Shown here piece after piece: positions 28,325-35,700 of a stretch of 64,000 nt of DNA (the stretch's first letter is position 1; each line of letters begins with the position of its first letter). Source of the DNA: an uncultured Elusimicrobia bacterium (GTDB taxonomy: Bacteria > Elusimicrobiota > Elusimicrobia > Elusimicrobiales > UBA9959); assembly GCA_903873295.1 (NCBI GenBank), contig CAIQNV010000143.1:15633-79632 (forward strand). Reading direction: 5' to 3'. The translations under genes were made by a program, and so were the position numbers. Under the pieces are notes generated by a model that was not told the DNA's origin, made no database searches, and saw only the letters and a list, made by a program, of their open reading frames with translations.

Positions 28325-30898
28325 TCACCAGACGATAAAGAATTTCCCTCCTCCTTTTCCGTAGTTGGAGGTCTTAACCAGGTAAAGATAAAGCCCGCTG
28401 GCCGCCCTCGCGCCGCTGTTAAGCCGCCCATCCCACTCCGCGACGTTCAGTCCGCTTATCCCGTCGCCCCGGGCCAGTGTCCTGACCAGTTCGCCCGCCT
28501 CGTTGTAAATATATACCCGCGCGCCGGCGGCGTCGGCCGGAATGCCCTCTATCGTAAGGGCGTGTACGGAGCGGAGATCGCACGGGTTAGGGTAGGCCTT
28601 GAGCGCGCTGATATCGGCCGCGGAGGAGCCCGCTGACCTGACCGAATAGACGGAGAAATGGGAGACCTCCGCCGACACCGTATTGGCGGCGGTGTTCCGC
28701 ACCACGCCCGGCAGCGGAACCCACTTGCCGAAGGCGGGGTCAAGATAATAGATCCAGGCGGTGGTTTCCTTCAGCAGGTCAATATCGATCCTGCCGTCAT
28801 TGTCGGCGTCGGGGTAGGACATTGTTATGGTAAGCGGGGCCAGAAAGGCGGTGACCGGGGACCAGGCCGCGTCCCTGGCGGAGAACGCCCGCGTCAGATC
28901 TTTTGAAAAGATCTTCCTTGAATCGGGAGAGGCGGCGTCGGCGCCCGACACCGCGGCGGCGGGCACGGTCGAGATCGAAATATAAAGCGTTCCGGGGTAA
29001 GCGCCGGCTGGCACGGCCGCGGCATCCCCGTCGCTGTTCGAGATAAAGCCGGCGGAGCCCCCGGAAAGTGAAGGGTTGATAATAAAGGAGTTGCCGGAGG
29101 TTATAGAAGCACCGGTATTGCCGGCCGTGTCAGTCGCGCTGAACTGGAAAGAAGCCGTGCCGGTCGAATAATAGGATTCAATATAGCCGGAGGCCGTCCA
29201 CTTTGAACCGCCCGAATAGCTCAAAGTCAGCGGGACTGAAAGCCCGCCGGAAGTGGTAAAACCCAGTTGCGGGGTGCCTGCCACGGCGTTTAGTTCGTCT
29301 ACTGTAAGCTCCGCGCTGAAGGCGCCGGTTTTCGCCGGCTCCGGAGAAGTTATCAGCACGCTGGCCGTGGGACTCGTAGTGTCCACCCTCAGCCCGTCGG
29401 AAGTGGTGACACCGGAAGCCGCGCCAATGTTAGGATAAGCCCTCACCGAGAAATAATAATCCGCCGCCTCCGCAAGGGACAGGCCGGTTTTGGTTACGGA
29501 CAGCGCGGTCCCCGCCGAAGTCCAGGCGACGGTATTAGAAGCTCCGGGAGTGGTGCCCGCGGCGTATTCATAGCGGTTAATGCCGCTGTCGTGGGAGGAA
29601 GCGCCCCAGTTGGCCGAGAGCGAACTTTTAGAGCGCGTATAATCGATATCCTGCCCTGTGCCGTCGTTAACATAAGGGATATCCCGCGCCTGCCCCAGGT
29701 CCACCAGAAGCGAGTCCGCGGCCGGAGTGGCGTCATAGGCGCCGAAAATATCCAGGGCGCGGGCCTGCATGATATGCGTGCCGGCAGTCAGCGAGGCGGC
29801 GGTAAAGGTGAAGCTGTCCACGCTATGCCCAAAGGCGCCCTCGCGCGGGGTCGCGGCCAGCCAGCCTCCGGAATCCACCTGATACTCCACCGAGGCTATG
29901 CGGTTTATGGTTATATTATTGGCCGCTCGGGCGGCGCCCCAGAAAGCGTAAGTGTTGCTGCTGGGGTAGGCGGCGGTGGAATGTGCCATACCGTAGTAGA
30001 CCGGCGAGGGGTTGTTCGTCGGATCGGGCATGAAAGAATTAAGCGCCGTGGTCGGCGGCAGATCGATCAGGTCCAATTTCCCGTTGGCGGGATCGTCGTC
30101 GCTCCAGCCCAGCATCCGCGCCGTATGCTGGCAGACCGCGTCCGCATAATAGGGCGGAGTGTCGCCGATCATGATGCAGTTTAGCCCCGCGCCGCCGTTT
30201 TCGCAGTTGGTATTGGCCTCGTTAAGATATCCCGCCCTCTCCGAGGTGGTGCAGCCGGAAGCCGCATACTCATCCAAAGCGTAAAAAATATGTCCCGTTT
30301 CATGGGCGGTGACGGCGGCTATATCTCCTATTCCGTAGCTGTCATTATCGTATGTCATCACCATGAAAGGCCCGCCCACATAGGCGTAAGCGAAATAGCC
30401 GTCGGAAAATTGCCCGTTCGCGTCTTTCTCGCTGTCCACCATGAAGATCGTGAAGGCCCAGTCGGCCGCGTTAGCCGAGCGCTTATCATTGTTGTAGTGG
30501 AAAACCCTGTCGCTATAGCCGGCTTCATTATAGCCGAGCTTGCCCATCACCTGCCCTATCCAGAGACCTTCGTCGGAACTGGGGCGGTTTATCGGCTCAT
30601 ATTTAGTGGTTAGGGTGGTATAGTTGTAAACAAAAGTCAGACCGGCCGCGGTATTGCGCGCCGCCCACCAGGCCATGGCTTTTTCCACTCCGGCGTTCAC
30701 AGCGTTTATTTTGGACTGAGTCCAGCCGACGGTCTCGGTCTTGGAGTCCGCCGTGCCGTCGCTTTGCACGAAAACTATATTCACCGCCACCCTGCCTATC
30801 AGGTATTCGCTCGTGTCGTAAAAGCCCGCACCGTACGGGGCGGCGCCGGCGCACAGCGGACAAGCGAGGAGCAGCAGCAGGGCGGCCGTTCTTTTCAT
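28325..30898 (-). CDS. Secreted zinc metallopeptidase-like protein (HExxH...DEY, M64-like) with FlgD-Ig/T9SS-type C-terminal tail
   Basis: Signal peptide. HETGHIFYALDEY. Long Ig-like middle region. C-terminal ~90 aa YPNPCD...VYIYNEAGELV...WDGRLNSGARAASGLYLYLV resemble T9SS type-A/FlgD-Ig sorting domains. Confidence 0.65.
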   Translation of the reverse strand: MKRTAALLLLLACPLCAGAAPYGAGFYDTSEYLIGRVAVNIVFVQSDGTADSKTETVGWTQSKINAVNAGVEKAMAWWAARNTAAGLTFVYNYTTLTTKYEPINRPSSDEGLWIGQVMGKLGYNEAGYSDRVFHYNNDKRSANAADWAFTIFMVDSEKDANGQFSDGYFAYAYVGGPFMVMTYDNDSYGIGDIAAVTAHETGHIFYALDEYAASGCTTSERAGYLNEANTNCENGGAGLNCIMIGDTPPYYADAVCQHTARMLGWSDDDPANGKLDLIDLPPTTALNSFMPDPTNNPSPVYYGMAHSTAAYPSSNTYAFWGAARAANNITINRIASVEYQVDSGGWLAATPREGAFGHSVDSFTFTAASLTAGTHIMQARALDIFGAYDATPAADSLLVDLGQARDIPYVNDGTGQDIDYTRSKSSLSANWGASSHDSGINRYEYAAGTTPGASNTVAWTSAGTALSVTKTGLSLAEAADYYFSVRAYPNIGAASGVTTSDGLRVDTTSPTASVLITSPEPAKTGAFSAELTVDELNAVAGTPQLGFTTSGGLSVPLTLSYSGGSKWTASGYIESYYSTGTASFQFSATDTAGNTGASITSGNSFIINPSLSGGSAGFISNSDGDAAAVPAGAYPGTLYISISTVPAAAVSGADAASPDSRKIFSKDLTRAFSARDAAWSPVTAFLAPLTITMSYPDADNDGRIDIDLLKETTAWIYYLDPAFGKWVPLPGVVRNTAANTVSAEVSHFSVYSVRSAGSSAADISALKAYPNPCDLRSVHALTIEGIPADAAGARVYIYNEAGELVRTLARGDGISGLNVAEWDGRLNSGARAASGLYLYLVKTSNYGKGGGKFFIVW

Positions 30899-31893
30899 TT
30901 GGCATTCCGCTTAAGCCTGCGCATATCTCCGGCGATAGGGCCCGGCGTCTCCACGATGATCTCGGAGACCCCGGACCAGTCTCCGGCGGCGGCGCCGTCG
31001 GATCCCATCACGCGCATATAATAGGGAGTATCGCGCTTCACGGGAAGGCCGGAAAGTTTATAGGCGCAGGTGTCGGTAAAAACATCCAGCAGCGGGGCTT
31101 TAAAATCAGCCGTCTCCGAAAGCTGCAGGCGATAATACTTGAAGGAGACCGGCGAGGCCCAGGAGAGCGGCTTTCCCTTGAATTTGTTCTTGCCCGGCAG
31201 CGGCGGCGCGCCCAGCTTTGGTGCGGCGGCGCGGGAGGGTTTGGAGACGGCGAAAGAATAGCTCTCCGAAAAAGCCCCTTCCTTAGCTTCCCCGGTATTA
31301 AGCGTCAGAACGCCGGCCACGCGCCAGTAATAAACTCCGTCCTTCCAGAAAGCCGGGATCAGGCGGTAATTGTTCCTGGCCAGAACGGTATCCAGGGCTA
31401 AAGTTGCAAAGGCTTCGTCCGCGCTTATCTGCAGCCTGTAGGAAGAGGCCTTCATCACGTCGTTCCAGGTCAGCATCAGCGCGTCACCGCCGCGGCCGGC
31501 CTGCTGCACCTGCGAGCTGACTATCAGCGGAGCCTCGGGCGGGTCCTCCACGAAGCGCTTGTTCCAGGCGTTGACGGCGAAGACCGCGCTCTCGCCGTAG
31601 CGGGCGAAAGAGCTCCAGTCGTCCACCCTGTCCCGGTAAACCAGCGCGCCGTATGTTTCCTTCAGCTGCTTGTCCAGCTCCCTGGGGATATAGCCCACAA
31701 AAACGCTGGGCGGGTGGGAATGCAGCAGCTTGGCGCCGTTCTTCTCCAGGAAGTCCTGGAATTTTTTATCGAAGACCGTCTGCTCCGAGGGCACCACCAG
31801 CAGCGCGTTCGCCGGGGAGTCGCCGGCGGCGCGGGCGGGCCCGCAGAACGCGAAGAAAGCCGGCAGCAAAACTGACAGAAATCTTTTTTTCAT
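30895..31893 (-). CDS. Secreted protein with two Fn3/Ig-like repeats
   Basis: Signal peptide. Internal repeat SYRLQISADEAFA...YYWRV / YYRLQLSETADFK...YYMRV. ATGA-type 4-nt overlap with the downstream metallopeptidase gene. Confidence 0.55.
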   Translation of the reverse strand: MKKRFLSVLLPAFFAFCGPARAAGDSPANALLVVPSEQTVFDKKFQDFLEKNGAKLLHSHPPSVFVGYIPRELDKQLKETYGALVYRDRVDDWSSFARYGESAVFAVNAWNKRFVEDPPEAPLIVSSQVQQAGRGGDALMLTWNDVMKASSYRLQISADEAFATLALDTVLARNNYRLIPAFWKDGVYYWRVAGVLTLNTGEAKEGAFSESYSFAVSKPSRAAAPKLGAPPLPGKNKFKGKPLSWASPVSFKYYRLQLSETADFKAPLLDVFTDTCAYKLSGLPVKRDTPYYMRVMGSDGAAAGDWSGVSEIIVETPGPIAGDMRRLKRNAK

Positions 31894-31975
31894 AACTCTC
31901 CCTGAAATATCCGCTCTGTATATTATATATCCGCGTCTTTACGGATTTATTGCGCAGTTTTGGTAAAATAAGAGT

Positions 31976-32308
31976 ATGACCGAAAGGCGAATAGCCGTCA
32001 GCGAGGAGTGCGTTGAGCCGGAACTTCTAAGCTCCGGCGGAGACGCCTTTAAGCCGCGCGGGCAAGAAGCCCGCAGCCGGCTTCCCCCCGAAAAGCCCGG
32101 CCTGCTGACGCGCCTCAAAATGCTGCTGGCCGGCGGCCTGGCCCTTCTCGGTGCGGGACTCTTCATAGCCGGGGCACTCCTCACCTCAACGGTAATAGGG
32201 GCCATAATAGGCATACCGCTCATGCTGGCCGGCGCGCTGTTCTTCTTCCTGCTTCTCAAGCTCCTCGCCTCCGGCTCCCAGAACGCCTTCATCTTCCGCC
32301 GTTTTTAA
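31976..32308 (+). CDS. Small two-TM membrane protein (hypothetical)
   Basis: 110 aa with two hydrophobic helices (LLAGGLALLGAGLFIAGALL; IIGIPLMLAGALFFFLLL). No recognised family. Confidence 0.45.
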   Translation: MTERRIAVSEECVEPELLSSGGDAFKPRGQEARSRLPPEKPGLLTRLKMLLAGGLALLGAGLFIAGALLTSTVIGAIIGIPLMLAGALFFFLLLKLLASGSQNAFIFRRF

Positions 32309-32357
32309 TATCTTCCCGTTCGCTGACAAACATAAAAAGAGCCGCGAGATGCGAAGT

Positions 32358-32491
32358 CGGGGCCTACCACAGGCGCCAGAACGCAAAATCGGCGTCTCGC
32401 ACACCGTGCTCGCGCCTGCCGCTCTCGGCCTCGGCGCTGCGCAAGCCTCGGCCTCCGAGGGGCTTTTGCTAACCTGGCGCCTGTGGTCTCC
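32358..32491 (+). repeat. Copy B of the conserved structured intergenic element
   Basis: Outer arms ACCACAGGCGCCAG (32366-32379) / CTGGCGCCTGTGGT (32474-32487) are perfectly complementary, with a GGGG/CCCC extension. Core blocks AGAACGCAAAAT, GCACACCGTGC, CGCTGCGCAAGCCTCGG and GCTTTTGCTAACC. Confidence 0.8.
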
Positions 32492-32540
32492 CCTCCGTAC
32501 AGCTTTACAGGCGAGACATATTTCGTTAAACCGAGTAACC

Positions 32541-32677
32541 GGGCGGAGACCGTGCGGGCCGGGTTAGCAAAACCGTCGTTGAGCCCGACGCTTGCGTAAG
32601 CGCGGAGGGCGAATACCGAGTGAGGCCACGGTGTGGCCGAACGCGTTTTGCGTTCCGGCCCGTACGGTAGGCCGCCC
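32541..32677 (-). repeat. Copy C of the conserved structured intergenic element (inverted relative to copy B)
   Basis: Reverse complement reads ACCGTACGGGCC-GGAACGCAAAAC-...CGGCCACACCGTGGCC...GCGCTTACGCAAGCGTCGG...GGTTTTGCTAACC-CGGCCCGCACGGT. 14-bp outer arms at 32549-32562 / 32655-32668 with one G-T pair. Confidence 0.8.
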
Positions 32678-32703
32678 GCAGACCTTTCGCAGTAGCGTGC
32701 TTC

Positions 32704-35700
32704 CTACTTCACGTTCAGGGTGATGCCTGACGAATGGGCGGCGAACTCGGGGGCGTACATCGACTGGATCACCGCCGCCCCGGCCTTGAAAGTGCCCGGC
32801 GTCGTCGGGCGCAGGCGGTACTTCAGCACATACTCGCCGTGCGGCAGCCACTCCATGAAGAAGTTGGTCAGCGAATCCCGCGGCTCCTCGTAGCGCCCCA
32901 GCTGGTCCCAGTGCCAGCCGCTGGTCAGCGTCTCCGCCTCGAAACCCGCGGCCTTGGGATCCTTCAGGTGCACATACTCGAACTGGCTGCGCGTGTTCAC
33001 CGTCAGGTGCACCTCTACCTGGTCGCCCACCGCCACCGTAGCGCCGTCGGCAAGAGGCTTCAGAATATAATCCTCCCCCTCTTTTACACGCAGGAAATAT
33101 TTCCTGGAAACATTCATCATCCCCGCCGGAGATTCTTCCGCGGTCTTATCCGTGGTATAGATCCCGGTAAAAGCCGCGAAGGCCAGCCCCGGGCCCTTCT
33201 TCCCGATCTCGGGCGCCAGGTCCTTGCTGGTGATCTCCGACCCGTATTTTGACCAGCGCAGCGGCTTCGCCACCCAGTCGAAAGGCTGCAGCTCGAAGGC
33301 CTCCGCCGTATCCCCCCATTTAAGTCCGTAGCTCTCCGGCTTGTCCAGAGCGCCCTTACCCTTCATCACGTCCAGCAGCGAATAGATAGCCGCCGCCGAG
33401 GCCTTTGTGGATTTCCACTCATTGGCCTTGCGGTTGAAAAGCAGCCAGCGCACCATGCCCGCGATCTTGGGATCCTTCGGACGCACCGCCAGCAGCGTCC
33501 TGAGGAGGAAAGCGTGCTTCTCCACCGTGTCGTTATACCAGAGCCAGGAGATCTTCTCCGGCGTCCAGTAAACTCCCGCGATATCGTCGGAGCGCGCCCC
33601 GTCCATCGCCCGGGCCAGATAGCTTTCCGCCTTCGCCCTCTCGCCCAGCCTCAGATAGACATAGGCGGCGTAAGCCTTGCCGAAGGCCGTCATCGCATCA
33701 GAATGCTTGTCGGCGTAATCCGCCCAGACCTTGGCGTAGGTCAGCGCGGTTTTGCTCTCCGGCCAGGACGCCGGGAACGAGGTGACGACATAGGCCGCGT
33801 AAAGGATAAGCGAAGTCTGGTCCTCCTCAGGCTTCATATGCGCCGGGATCTCGCCCAGCACATAAGCCAGCGCTTTCCTCGCCGTGTCCTGCGGGATGTC
33901 CACCCCGTAGCGCGAGGCTTCGCCAAGGCCCTCCAGCACATAAAGCGTCATGTAGAGGTTAGGATGGCCGCCCGGGAACCAGGGGAAGGATCCGTCGGAA
34001 GATTGATAAGCCTTCAGCTTGGCCAAGGCGTCCTCCTTTTCCCCCGCCACCAGCTTCGGGTCCAGCATGTCCACTACAGGAAGAGAGGAGCGGCGGCCTT
34101 TAGACTCCTGCTCCCAGGGGGTCTCCATCAGACTCATCAGCCGCACCGGGTTGTCGCGCTCCCACTCCGGCGTGAGCGTGGTCCGCTTCGGGATCTTCGC
34201 CACGGAGGCGCGCAGCTCCGGGTATTTGTTATAGAAGCTGTTGGTGATGGCCAGCGGCACATACCGGTTAAGCAGCTGCTCGGTGCACTCATACGGGTAA
34301 TGCACCAGGAAAGGCAGGCTGTTAAGCACCGTCAGGATCAGCTGCGGCTGGATCTCCAGGTGGAGCGCTTCCACCTCCCGCGTTGGGTCCGCGGACTCAA
34401 GCTCGGGCAGCCTGAAGGTTTTGGAAGCATTCCCGTCGAGAGAAGCTACGCCGGAGGCGATCAGCCGCTCCCTGGAGGGCAGCACCGGCAGGTCGTTCTC
34501 CTGCGCGTCGGCGAGCGCCCCCGCGCGGGCCACGGCGCGCACCTTGTAGGCAGCGACGCCCCGCGGCGCTTCAATTTCCCAATATACAGAAACCGTGCCT
34601 TTGGGCTTAACGGTAAAAGGCCGCGACAGCTCTTTAAGGCTGAACTTTTCGTGGGCGGCCGCGCCGTCCAGCGTTACGGACAGCGCCACTTCACCCGAAA
34701 GCTCCACGGCGGTATCGTTGGTAATTACTGCGGTCAGCCGGGACCTGTCGCCCTCGCGGAAGAACCTCGGAATATCCAGCCGCACCATCAGGTCCTTTTT
34801 GGTAACGGTCTCGGCGCTGAAAGAGCCGCGCCGCGCGCTTCGGGTGAGCAGGTAGGAACTTATCTTCCACGACGTAAGCCGCTCGGGTATTTTGAAAGAG
34901 AACTTCCCTTCGCCTTTGAAGACCTTAAGCTGCGGATTATAGTAAGCCGTCTCGGAGAAATCCGTGCGCGTTTTAACTTCGGGCTCGGCGCTGGAAGCAG
35001 CCTTCCCCGGGGCCATTTCGGACTTATCTTTCCTGCTTGTATCTCTTATCATGGACTGTGAAGGCGCGGCGGCAGGGGCGCTCATCTCGGCCATATTTGA
35101 CCCGCCGGCCAGGCTCGCGTCAGCCATCCCCAGGCTTTCGCCTTCGAAAGCCAGGCCTTTGGCAAAGCCCCTGGCCGCGCCCATGAAGCCCCCCCGGCCG
35201 TAAAGCCTTGAGGCGCCGACGCGCAGCGAGGCCAGACGCTCCTCGGCGACGGACAGCCTGAAGGCGTCCATCATGCGCTGTATGAGCCCGGTGCGTATGG
35301 GCAGCCCCACCGCGTAGGGGGTGAACAGCGAGCCCCAACCTTCCCCTGAGGAGCGCCTCGCCGGATAAAGAGCGTCGCCCCAGAACCCGGCATCGCGGCC
35401 GTAATATTCCAGGGACCTGTCGAATATTTTTACCAGCGCCTCGCCGGAGGCGGGCCTGCCGGCGGAATCCTTCGCCCTCAGCAGCCAGGAAGCCGTCTGT
35501 CCCGGCGCCAGCGCTTTGTCATAGTCGAGCGAAAGCGAAATGGTCTTATCTTTAAGCGGAACCTCCGCCCCGTCCATGGCGGAATAAACCTTAAAATCTC
35601 CGGCCCCGAGCCAGCGCAGGGCGAAACCGCCGCGATGCGCGCCTCCCACCTTCAGACTTAAGATGGAAAGGCCGCCGTCCTGCAGGGTCTCGCGGGAAAG

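Noticed and set aside
32358-32677. Interpretation of the repeat as a conventional MITE, or as a REP/BIME element.
   Set aside because: MITEs keep conserved terminal inverted repeats and direct target-site duplications. These copies have copy-specific inverted arms and no obvious direct duplications. REPs are much shorter (20-40 nt). No transposase or RAYT is in the window. This is not fully excluded, because insertion of a mobile core into pre-existing hairpins remains an alternative.
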